64,000 bases of DNA from a virus, in the IMG/VR virus record IMGVR_UViG_3300037517_002612, positions 5,201 to 69,200 of that record; one strand, 5' to 3'. The translations under genes were made by a program, and so were the position numbers. Each line of letters opens with the position of its first letter. Within the stretch, counting starts at the first letter, position 1. This document shows, piece by piece, positions 29,946-41,700 of this stretch. Under the pieces are notes generated by a model, which searched no databases, was not told where the DNA came from, and saw only the letters and a program-made list of their open reading frames with translations.

Positions 29946-31796
29946 ATGGAGCTAGGCAGATCAAACGTATATCTTAAACAAGCGGGAACCGGAGCAGCAT
30001 GGATGGGGCCGCAATCTTCATTTGATCCCGTAGCAGCAGCCAAATACGCTGGTGCATTAAAGTTAGCTCAACAAAAACAAAAGCAACAGAAAGTCGATAA
30101 AGAACAATTAGACTTCCTTAATCGCCTAAAGGTTACTGGAGGCAAAGTTCTTGAAGAAGACTTTGACTTCTATAATCAAGTAGAACAGGACGTATATAAC
30201 TGGGCCGCAGGCGAAGTAGCTAAAGCAGATAAAGAAGGTAGAGAACCGAACTTACAGCAATTAACTATACAAGGCCAGAAAAAAGCAGCCAACGCAAACA
30301 ACCTATGGAAAAGAGGAACAGTGCAAAAAGAACGTTTCGATAAATTTCACCAATTAATACTTGGAGATAAATCAGCTAATCCTATTTACGACTCCGAAAC
30401 AATGACAAAAGGCGAAGGAATTTATACGCAGCCATATCGCTTTTTAGAAGACGAGCAGGACGGAGAGTTCCTACAACAAACATGGCTACCAATGTTTGAA
30501 GAAGCTATGCGTGATCCTATCAATCAACAGAACCCAGAGAGAACGATGAAGGAGGTTACGGTTGAGTGGAGAGATGCTTATGGCGACGAATATTTACAGC
30601 CAATATACAACCCTATTTCATTACAGAAAAACTTCAAAGATAACATCAAACCTATCTTAGCAGAATTTAAGAATTACAAGTCGGTACGCGACTCAAGCGG
30701 AAACACTATCACAGAAGAAGACGTTTACACTCTTCCCGATAATATGATTGTTACCGTAGAAATGGAAGACGGATCAACAAAAGAAGTTGAACTTCCAGGG
30801 GTAAGAAGCATGGCCATTGATAACTACGAAACAGATGTAACAGTTCAGCGTTCAGCAAAAACCCTGTTTAAGAATCAAGATAAAAGCGTTAAAGAAGATT
30901 ACATTAATCAGTTTGGTGAAGACGCAGCTAAAGAATGGTTTGCTGATGAGAACATGAACTGGGGCTTACAGGCTACTACAAAGAAAATTAACAACGCAGC
31001 AATACCAAAAACAGGAAACTCATATCGATACGGAAATAAAACATATCCATTTGAAGTAACCCTTGATGAAGGAACTAGAAACTACAATAGATTAGGAGTT
31101 TACAATCAGGGCACAGAAGGTGCTGGTATAGCTTATTCATACGCACAGGTTCCGGTAAGAGGAGTTTCGTTTGGGTCTGATAAAAACAAATACCCAAAAA
31201 TTAAAGTTAACCCACTTAGGATATTCGATCAGGATAGTTACTCGTGGATGAACTCGGATGCAAGTCAAGAATTTGACTTTACGGTTGCCGGAGTTTATGA
31301 AATGCCAGCCACCACAGAGCAGATTAATCTTAAAGACCCAAAGTATGCAGGCATACTTACTTGGGGAGCTAAAACATACGGTAAAAAAGCAAACACAGCC
31401 ATTGCTAAATATATAGCTTCTGGAAACTATATTATACCCGCAGGAACTCCTGTAAGTGGTGATGAAGCCGATATTGTAAACAAAATCAAAAAAGGTTCTG
31501 TTAGAAGCCAAAAGTTTGCAACAGGACAAATATCTGGTTACGATAAAGCCCAAGGAAAGAACTTTGAAATAGCAGGTGCCACAATCCCTTATGAAGAGGT
31601 GCAAGAGCAGGTAGAGCTTGCTACTAACGGTAACTGGAGTGAGGAGATTAACGCACAATACGGTGGTGGTGATGACTGGTGGAAGCCTAAAATTAAAGAA
31701 GGCAATCAGAATACTACGGCACCCAATATAAACATAGACCCATTACTTAATATAGTAAACCAGGTTAATACTGGGGGTAGACAAGTTTTAGAATAA
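29946..31796 (+). CDS. ejection/cargo protein 2
   Basis: 616 aa, Q/K-rich N-terminus, cargo position. Confidence 0.55.
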   Translation: MELGRSNVYLKQAGTGAAWMGPQSSFDPVAAAKYAGALKLAQQKQKQQKVDKEQLDFLNRLKVTGGKVLEEDFDFYNQVEQDVYNWAAGEVAKADKEGREPNLQQLTIQGQKKAANANNLWKRGTVQKERFDKFHQLILGDKSANPIYDSETMTKGEGIYTQPYRFLEDEQDGEFLQQTWLPMFEEAMRDPINQQNPERTMKEVTVEWRDAYGDEYLQPIYNPISLQKNFKDNIKPILAEFKNYKSVRDSSGNTITEEDVYTLPDNMIVTVEMEDGSTKEVELPGVRSMAIDNYETDVTVQRSAKTLFKNQDKSVKEDYINQFGEDAAKEWFADENMNWGLQATTKKINNAAIPKTGNSYRYGNKTYPFEVTLDEGTRNYNRLGVYNQGTEGAGIAYSYAQVPVRGVSFGSDKNKYPKIKVNPLRIFDQDSYSWMNSDASQEFDFTVAGVYEMPATTEQINLKDPKYAGILTWGAKTYGKKANTAIAKYIASGNYIIPAGTPVSGDEADIVNKIKKGSVRSQKFATGQISGYDKAQGKNFEIAGATIPYEEVQEQVELATNGNWSEEINAQYGGGDDWWKPKIKEGNQNTTAPNINIDPLLNIVNQVNTGGRQVLE

Positions 31797-31832
31797 TTTT
31801 TAAATTTATTTGCATAATTAATTTACGAGGCA

Positions 31833-32175
31833 TATATTTGTTTCGTGAAGTTAACGTTTAACATATATAATATTTACGATAAAGGCCCTGGCGTTAGCTT
31901 CACAACTTCGTTTACAGGGCCTTCGTATTTTAATACAGGATAGAAATAGCCCAAGATGGGTATAAGTCAAATTATCCTTAACAGACCAAACTTGCCTACG
32001 GGCTTGGATCTTGTAACCACTCCCTTTAAGAAGTTAAATGATCTTTAAGACTGGAAAGCTCTATCTATTGATCAGCCTCATTTGATAACCTCGTTATACT
32101 CGACGAATAGTCTGGTCTTCAAAAAGGGCTTGTTTTTATCTTCTTTTTTCAAGCTCTTTTTGAAGACCTTTTTTC
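31833..32175 (+). ncRNA. candidate structured RNA / attenuator leader
   Basis: Promoter box TATATTTG 31833; helices 31845-56/31892-903, 31882-90/31915-23, 31937-42/31973-78 and 31983-92/32109-18; terminator 32114-32/32150-68. Confidence 0.55.
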
Positions 32176-32270
32176 CTCCCTGTTTCCTCTCTGAATAGTA
32201 ATAGCTTTTTATAATAGATAGTACAATAAACAATAATTATAATCGTTATATAGATAAATACAGATAAACT

Positions 32271-32687
32271 ATGAAAAAATTAATTTTTATCTTAATCGCA
32301 GCATTAACCACGTTTAATTGCGTCGCACAACAACTTACCATCACAGATGCCGGAATAGATTATAAGTTTACAAAAGACTCTATTTTCACAACTAATCAGG
32401 CTCCAGAAGTAATATCTTTTATAGATGTAACATATTTAGGAGGAGGCAACTTCTTTTTAAATATTTATACAGCCAAAAACGTTTATGTTTTTAATAATAA
32501 ATCAATGGTCAAAATAGGTATGTATTCTAACGTTCAATTGGTTGTTAATAATTATAAACAAAACGAAGATAATTGGCTTGTTGAAACATGGTTTGATGTT
32601 AAACAGGAATCGTCCAATATTCCTCCATACGACCTTACAACAACACTTACCCCTAAATACGATTATGTGAATGTAATCATAAGGTAA
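32271..32687 (+). CDS. secreted protein (signal peptide), moron-like
   Basis: MKKLIFILIAALTTFNCVA-Q signal peptide; AT-rich; interrupts the cargo gene series. Confidence 0.7.
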   Translation: MKKLIFILIAALTTFNCVAQQLTITDAGIDYKFTKDSIFTTNQAPEVISFIDVTYLGGGNFFLNIYTAKNVYVFNNKSMVKIGMYSNVQLVVNNYKQNEDNWLVETWFDVKQESSNIPPYDLTTTLTPKYDYVNVIIR

Positions 32688-32693
32688 AAACAT

Positions 32694-32701
32694 TATATTT
32701 G
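32694..32701 (+). promoter_or_regulatory. Bacteroidota -7 box
   Basis: TATATTTG before the giant ORF. Confidence 0.55.
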
Positions 32702-32717
32702 TGGAAACAAAAATGCT

Positions 32718-35700
32718 ATGGCTCGACCAATTCCAGTTTCAAATAAAAAGGCTCGTCAATGGAATGAGTTCTTATTAGATTTTAACAATGCAGCAGCAGC
32801 AGAACTTCCGCTTGATGCTAATGGAAAACCTAATTATAGCTTATTAGATGACAATAAGCCGTTTGGGACATACTCTGGAGGCCAAGATTTTTACACAAAA
32901 CAGTTTAATAAGTTTAAGCAAAAGAACAATTATACCGCAGCCGATGATGTGTCTGAGGCTGATTTTCCTAAACTACAGCTTTTATTTACAGATATTTACA
33001 ATACCGTTCAGCAGGACCAAACACCATACAAAGCCTTTTTTGACGATAAGCAAGCAAAATTATTATCTGCATTTAATGGTGACCCAAACACGTTTAACCC
33101 TAATAGATCAGCCAGAGATAAAGAAACAGGAGAGGGTTGGATTGGTAGAGACACCAGGTTCTTTTTTATTCCAATGGAAGACGGCCCACTAACTGGGAGT
33201 TCAGGTAAACATATGATACTTCCAGAAAGTTTTGATGAAGGAGACTTAGATCAATCAGGAAATCCTATTTATCAGAAAAATCCAAAGAGAGATATTGGTG
33301 GTACTTTTTATAAGTTTGAAGATGGTGGAATGATTGAAGGTAAAGAGGAAGAGGAAGAGGAAGATGATGACGAAATGGAAGAGTCACCAGAACACGAGGC
33401 TTCTGAAGAAACTCTCGAAAGCAAAAACGGCATAAAAGAAATAGCCGACGATACTTACAAAGTAATTGGTAAGACCCACGAAAAAGGTGGAGTGAAAACA
33501 AAAATTAACGGGAAAAACGTTGAAGTAGAAAAAGGTGAGATTATTGACATGACTACCGAAGACGGCATCGTGCTATCAAATAACCTTCAATTAGCAGAGT
33601 TTGATAATAAAACTCCAGCCAAACTATACGAGGAAATCCTAGCCGAAGAAAAGAAATACGAAGGGGATAACCGTAATTGGGTTAAAAACAAACTAGCCTT
33701 CTTAGCAGAAAAAAAATCTAAGATAATTGCGTTGCAGCAAGAAAGAAACGGAAACCAATCTACCACCATGGCAGAGAATGGAACCATTGTACCAGCCCCA
33801 GAACCAGGAGGAGGAGAAGTGGACCCACCAAAAAAGAAAAGATTATTCTATACTCCAGACAATGTATTATATGAAGTAGCAGAAGACAAAGTAGCCAAAC
33901 ACGCAGACATCTTAAAAAACGCGGTTGAATACACTGAAGAGAAACCAGAAGGATACTCTAACCCAACAAAATTCTACGAGAAGAATGGAGTTGTAGTTGC
34001 CGTTCCACAAGACAAACTATACGCAGCTACAGAATACGTCAAGAGCCAATTTGGAGTTCAGGACTTAACAGACATAAAAGAACTTTACCTCGCAAACACG
34101 GGGCAAAAAAAAAATAAGGATGTACAGTCCATCTATGAAGACACTGATGCCAAGTTCTCAAAAAATACAGGAATCTTTGGAGCAAATACCCAGGTAGACC
34201 TTAATGAAGTTGGAGCCTCAGAACAGGACTTATTTAATTATGATAAGGCCCTGAACGACTACACCTCCTTCATTAAAAAGATACCACGCACCGAAGGCCA
34301 ACCAACAGCCTACAATGAAATCCTAGAAACAGGATACCTAGATAAGCTTTATCCAAACGACATTGACCTGTTAAAAGACGCGTCTCGTAAAATGAGGGAC
34401 GAGGATAATGAATTAGTCGGTAAAAAGTTCATTAATGACCTTCAGCTTGAAAAAGACGACATCATTAAAGAATATAAAATACAAACATCTGCTACCGGTT
34501 GGATGTATGATATCGAAGGCAATATCACCAAAACAAAAGAGTTTAGAGATCACCTTGACCGCAAGTTAAATGCGTCCACCATAGAAATAGACGGAAAGAA
34601 AATAGACTTCCAATCAATGCCAGGAAGCCAAAAAGAGGAGATAAGAAACTACGTAATAGGAAACTACAATACAGTACAGGACCTAAAGAAATCACAGGAC
34701 CATATAGCGTGGCTAACCGACCCAAACCCAACAGGAGATAAAGAGGCTGACGACATTAAATTAAAACAACAGCAAGCCATCTTCAATAAGACCGGAGTAG
34801 ACATTACTACCCTACACGATGAAGGATACTGGATGAAGATGATTGACGGTTTTAAGAAGAAGGCCGACTCAATTAATCAGGAATATGCCAACCTTGCGTC
34901 AAAACTTCCATACACAATTAAGGAAGACCTTGCCCCACTTAAAACGCAGTATGAATTTGATGACAACCAACTCACCCAAACAGGACTACAGGAACTTGAA
35001 TTACTTAAAAAAGATTTACAGTTTCAATTAGATAACGGACAAATTGATGAGGAATCAGCGAATAAAAAATTAGATGAAGCATTTACTGGACTTGAAGTAA
35101 AAAGAACAGAGATGTTCAATCAATACAATAGGGACTTAAACCAAAAAGCACAGCTCAAAATACAGGCAGCTACCGAAACCCTAAAGCTTAAATTTGAAGC
35201 CGAGATTACCGAAGGCTTAAAAGAGTTTGGGCTAGATGGAACCGACGTTATTAAAAACGCAGAAAACTACAACAAATTATTAATGTGGGAGTTTGGTAAC
35301 ATCCAAACAGACCAAATGGTTAGACTTCAAAACGAAGCAACCAGACTTGTTGACTATAAAGGAGACTGGGAACAGATTAAAAACAACCTTAATAGAGGAA
35401 CCCTTCAAATGTTCGAAGGACTTGGAGGAGGAATAAAGTGGCTCGGTGGTTACGAAATGGGTAACATTATGACCGATGCTATGGACGAATACAACGCAAC
35501 AAACCCACAACAGCAAGTACAATGGGACGGCATCGAATCACTTATGAACAAAGATTGGTGGATAGAAAGAGGTGTTACAACCATCCCATCTACCCTGATG
35601 TTTGTATTACCAGGAATAGGAATATCCGGGGCCGCAGGTAAAACCGCAGCAGCCATTGGGCTCGAAGGACTAGAGGCTAGTTTATTTCAAGGTTTTGCAG

Positions 35701-38700
35701 GTGCACTTGCAACCAGACCACTAGAATCATTTATTGAGGCCGGTACCCAGTTCAATACAGACCTTGAGAACGGAATGAATGTGGACGAAGCTAGTGATAG
35801 GGCCGCAAGCGTATTTACTGATAACCTTAAACTTATATTCACCGATGGCTTACAATTAGGATTAGCCTTCACCAAGTTTGGTAAACTATCTGGAATAAAA
35901 GCCGGATTAATTAAAATGCCAATCGAAGCCATAATGGAAGGATCAGAGGAGGTATATCAAGAACTTGCAGTTGAAAAGCTTGATAACCCATACGCAACAT
36001 TCCTAAGTTATATAGCATCACCGGCAGGACAAGAAACATTTGCGCTTGGAGCTTTAATGGCTACCCCATACGCTTTACCAGACATCGTATCAATATCATC
36101 CGGAAAAACCAATCAACAACAGTTTGGATTATTAATGGATATGATAGGCGACCCAAACAACATGGACGTTCGCTATTCCCAAATATTAAACCAAGCAGAG
36201 GTACAAGTAGCTAGGGGCTCAATGACACAAACAGAGTTTAAGCAGCTACAGGCCAAGGCAGAATTTGTTCTATCTAAAAATAGGGATATTCCAATAGACC
36301 TTGCACCAGAAGTAAGAAAAGGAGTACTCTATAAACTTGCGGATATAGCCGACGCAAATAACGTGATAAATGCGTCTCAAGACCCAACCATACAGAACAC
36401 CTATAAAGACAAAATAAAGGAACTTGAAAAGGGGGTTAAGGAATTAATAGCCGGCAAAGAGCCAATGTACTTTATCAACAACGCAATGTACACGAAAGAG
36501 GAGTTTAACGAAGTCCTCTCAAACGACGTTGTTATGCAAAGCCTTGCAGACCAAAACACCCCAATCGAAATCTTCAATGACGATACAATGAGTACTGCCT
36601 TAGAAGAAAGAATGGCAGAATTTAGAGTCGACCAGGAAAAGGTATTTAATGCAGTACAAAACTACGTTCCGGAAATACAAACAGAAGAAGTGGCCTTGAC
36701 TACAGAGGAAGATGTAACTAAAGCTAGCGTTTTAGAAGATACCAAAGAAAGTAGTGTTGGTGTAGGGGGAGATGTGGAGTTTACCGCAAAAGCGTTAGAG
36801 GGGGTAATAAAAGATAAGGTAAAAACACCAAATGATATTCCTAATACTATGGGAACTCATTTACAAAACCTTACTGATGGCTCTTGGCTCATTAGAGATG
36901 GAGATAAATCAAAAGAATGGGTTGACTTAGTTAATAATGGTATAAAAGAAATTGAAAACATATTTAGCGTAATCCCATTTTCAGAAAAAACCAAAAGCAT
37001 ATTAAAAGAAATAAAAGAAAAAGTAGCAAACGATAATTATGATATTTCAAAAGAAGTGTCAAATTTATCAGAAGCCACAAAAAAAGAATTTTATAGAGGT
37101 GGAGAAGGGTGGGGTGTAAAGGAAATTTCCGAAGCCTACCATAAAGCAAAAGCCGATGGCTCAAATCCTGAACTTGTAAAAGCAGTAGAACAATCCCTCA
37201 AAAAAGAACCAACTGCCTTAACACCCACTAAGACAAAAGAAGCAAGTACTAAAACACAACAAACAAACGTTACTAATCAAAATAAAACCATTAACAATGA
37301 AAATATACAAGAGAAACAGCTCGATGAGAAATCAACCGTCGCTATTCCAAAAACCCAAACCACAACTATCCAAGGAGGACCTGAAGAAATTGCACGCAAC
37401 ACTGCAAAAAGAGAAGAAATAAAACAATCTCTTAAAGATCTAAGAGACCAAGGGTTATTAGTTACAGCCGATAAGTCCTTACTAGCTAAAGCAAAGAAAC
37501 TTGTAGGCAAATCATCTGCTCCAGTTAAAATGACCGATGCCGAGATAGATGCTCAAATAAGCCTACTAGACTCCATGGCAAAAGTCTGGAAAGATACTAC
37601 CGGCAAAGACAACTTCTATGATAAGTTTATCGCAGACGTAAAGAAAGGTGACATAACTGCATTAAATAAAATGGGTGGTGCACTATTCCAAGAGGCAGAG
37701 AGCACACGAAAGCCTACATCAAGAGTTACACTAGGTGTATTCAATGAGCCACAATTTGTAAAGATGGAGGGACAATCCGTTAACCCACAATCCATCTCCG
37801 ACTTTATTAAAGGTAAGGGAAAGCAAATCGAAAAGGATATTATTAATCAAGTTCTATCCTATGATAAATACAAAGGGCAAAAAAGAATTCCATTTGACGA
37901 ATTTAAAAATGACGTAGAGCTTCAGTTAATGAAACTCGAAAAAATTAAATCATCATCATACGCTACTTATGGAAAAGATAATCTTGGCTACAATGAAGAT
38001 TATGGAAATGCTGAAACCATTATATTAAACACACCTTTAGATCATGGAGAAACTGGTCACTTTAGTGGAGACTTTATCTCTAGTCAAGTTGAAAATAAAA
38101 ACTGGGAAGTAAAACAGCTAGGCGACACAAACACGTGGGCTGCAGTTGACAAAGATATGCCAGCAGGAACAACTGCGCAGGATATACAAAACTACGTAGG
38201 AACAGCAGGATCAAAAGCAGAAGTTGAACGATGGGTAAACCAACGAAATCAAGAGAAAGATATTAACAAAGGACTATTCGGACATCTTAGGGCTTGGTTT
38301 AATAAGTCTACAAAAGTATTTACTCTAGCAGAACAGCAAAGCGACGTTTATCAGAAACACAAAGCCTCTGAATTATTTGCGGAGAAAATACCGCAAGACG
38401 AGATTGATGAGTATATGAACAGAGAAATCTGGGCTCCCATGCACGCAAAATATTTACAAGAACTTAAAGAGCATACTGGATTTACTACTGTAGTAAATAA
38501 AGAAGATAGAATGGTTTATATTTATGACAATAAAGGAAACCAAATTGGTTCAGCAGCGTTTCGGGATAATCCGTCTCCTGGATATAAAGTAGGAGAGGTC
38601 GAAGAAGCTCAATTATTTACTAGCACTGTACAAGGAATTTATGAGTATAGTGACTTTATCAAAGACTTTAAAGATAGGTACGACGAGGAAAGAAATAGCT

Positions 38701-41700
38701 TAAAACACAAAGAACAACAGTACATAAGCAAAAGAGTAGAAGAAGCTAAAGCAAGCGGGAAAATAGATCTTATTCAACAACAGTTTATAGCATCACAAAA
38801 AGTTCACGAATTGAGACTTTTTAGAGAAGCAATAAATTACGCAGCAGAATTAGGGGCCGAAACATTAAGGTTCCCTACACCATATACACTTGCCGTTATT
38901 GAAGGATATGTTGATAAGTCAGGAGAAGGAAACGCACCTTATGATATAATAGATGGAGATTCTGATGGGTTAGATGTTGGAGATATTATTGATTATGGAG
39001 GTGAGAAAATGCGTGTTGTAGAAAGTAATTCATATGATTTTAAAGCTATTTCTTTTGATGAAAGTTGGGAGGTGAATGTTGATGATTATATCTACGAGGA
39101 AGTTAATAATAGGTGGAGTGAAATAGAATATGAAGCAAAGCGTCATTTTGATAATCTATCCGCTATTACAAAAGAAGAACTTGAGAGTTATAGCGCAGAT
39201 GAGTGGATGGCTTACCATGCTAAAGATTTATTGGAGGCAGAATTTGAAGAATTAGAAGACGGTGAGACCGTAAGCTGGGATGATATTGAAAATAAATTAA
39301 GAGAAGAAATACAAGACAATTATAGCAGGATGGATTATGATGATCTATTTGGTGGCTATGGCGGTGTGTGGGATTTAGGCTATGGCAGAGTTGTTGTAAG
39401 CGAGTCTAGGGGATACGAAACATTTAATCAACCAGACGGATATAGCGGAGACTCCTCAGAGGAGGGGTTTGAAAATGATCTAAGTCGAGAACAGCAAACA
39501 GTAGTAAATAAGTATAAGGAGCTTGGAAAGCTAATTGAAAAAATGCGTCCAGACGCTACTATAGTAGAGGACGACAACGGCATGAAGTGGATTGAAACCA
39601 AGATCACGGACGAAGATGCTAGTAATCCAATAATAGCATTCCAAAAAGAAGGAGGTAAAGCCAAAGCTGCAGTAGATTTTATTAATGATAATAAGGCTAC
39701 GATTTATATTTTTGATGGAGCCGATATATCTTCTTTAGCTCACGAAATGACAGGGCATTTAGGTAGAAGATTTTTAGAAAGTCTAGCAAAAGAAAGTCCT
39801 GCATTCGCCAAAGAATATAACACTGTTAAGAAATGGGCCGGAGTGAAGGGAGATAAGTGGAGCACTAGGGCAGAAGAAAAATTTGCCAGAGCCTTTGAAA
39901 GATACCTTAGAGAAGGTATCTCACCAACAAAAGAACTACAAAGCGTATTCTCTAAGCTGAAGGAATGGTTGAGCAGTATTTATAAATCAATAAAAGGGAG
40001 TTCTATAGACGTTGAACTTACAGATGAAATAAGGGAAGTGTTTGATAGTATCTTGGGTGGAAGAAAGGATAAAGTAGAAGCAACCCCCACACCAAAGAAG
40101 ACGGGCAAAGCAGTAGTCAAAACGCAAATAGGTCCCGCTTCGAAGAAAACTACGTCCACCAAAGAAATACCAGTAAAGGGAGGATACAAATGGACTCAAT
40201 CACCAGAAGGTAAATGGACCATGGTAGATAAGGAAGGAAACCCTCACAAATTAGGAGACCGTTCTATGAACAACTACGAGAGACAACTCGTAGATAAACT
40301 AATCGAGAACGACGAATTTGATACTAAACAGAATTCTATTAAAAGCGACGTTGCTGATCCGGAAATAATAAGCGAAATAGAGCTATCGACCAATCCGAAT
40401 GAACTATTAAAAACAATAAACAATGCTAAAGAGTATATGGAGACTCTTGAAACATCACCAGAGGGAGTAGCGTTAGAAATGCTACAGGCTGGAGTCAAAA
40501 GAGGATCATTTGTAGAATATGGAGACGAAAATTTAATATCAGAAAGTATTGTTAGAACCTATGACTTAAAAAAGGGATCTGGTACTACGCTGGATAATAT
40601 ATCTCAATACCTTGAAGGAAAGGGAGTTATAATGAGTGAAAGTGACCTTGTAGATTTAATGACTACATATCCTGGAGGTATTAAGCAGTTCCTAAATGGG
40701 GAAGTTCCTGCCCTAAAAGCGGCAGAAGGCAGATTGTCTGAATTGGGTATTAATTATGCGTATGCGTTAAAAAAACTATATCCGAAATCATTTAGAACCA
40801 CACAGAAAGGTTCGTCTACCCAAGACTTCCCAGACGTACCATTCAGCAAAGGGAACCAAAAGACAGTAGGAAAGCAGTTTGGAAAAGAAATGCAAAAGCT
40901 GTTAAACGCATTAAGAGCCGGAGCACCAAATATAAAAGTAAACTTCGTTACCGATGAGTTCCTATTAGGGCTCAAGATGGAGGCTAATAAGTATTTAAAC
41001 ATAACAAACAATAGCGGCATCCCAATTGGAGCATACAACCCAAAGACAGGAGAAATCTATTACAATGAAAAATCACTAGATCCAGGAACAGCAATAGAGG
41101 AGTTTGCCCATATGTGGTTGCACGTATTAAAAGAAGTTAAGTCGGACATTTACAATAAGGCAACAGAATTAATACAAGCAACACAATTCTTTAGAGATAT
41201 TGTTAACAGCGAAGAGTATGGACAGTCACCATTATTCATCCAGCGTAACGAGGCTATCGCAAAAGCAATGCGAGCCAAGACCGAGGATATGGTAAACCAA
41301 ACCGGATTAAAGAAAGTGATTGGGCAGATCATGGACCTTATAAAGGAATTACTTTCTAAGTTGGGAATAAATGCGTCTACCCTAAATTTAAACAGCACCT
41401 TAGAGGACATAATCAACAAAGGATCAAAAGAACTTATAGCCAATAGACCATGGACATTAACAGACTCCATAAACCTAATGGGCAAGAACGCTAGAGCTGA
41501 AGAGATAATATCCATAAACTACCAATTATCAGAAGACGCTAAGTTACCGTCCGGAGATCCAAACAAGTTCACCAAAGAAGAGCTAAAAGAAATCAACGAT
41601 AGATTAGCAGAGCTAACCGATAAAGGAGCAAATAAAGACGTTAATGTAACTAATGCCAGTGTAATACGTCTAATGAAGACCCCTACTAAAGTAAGCGAGT

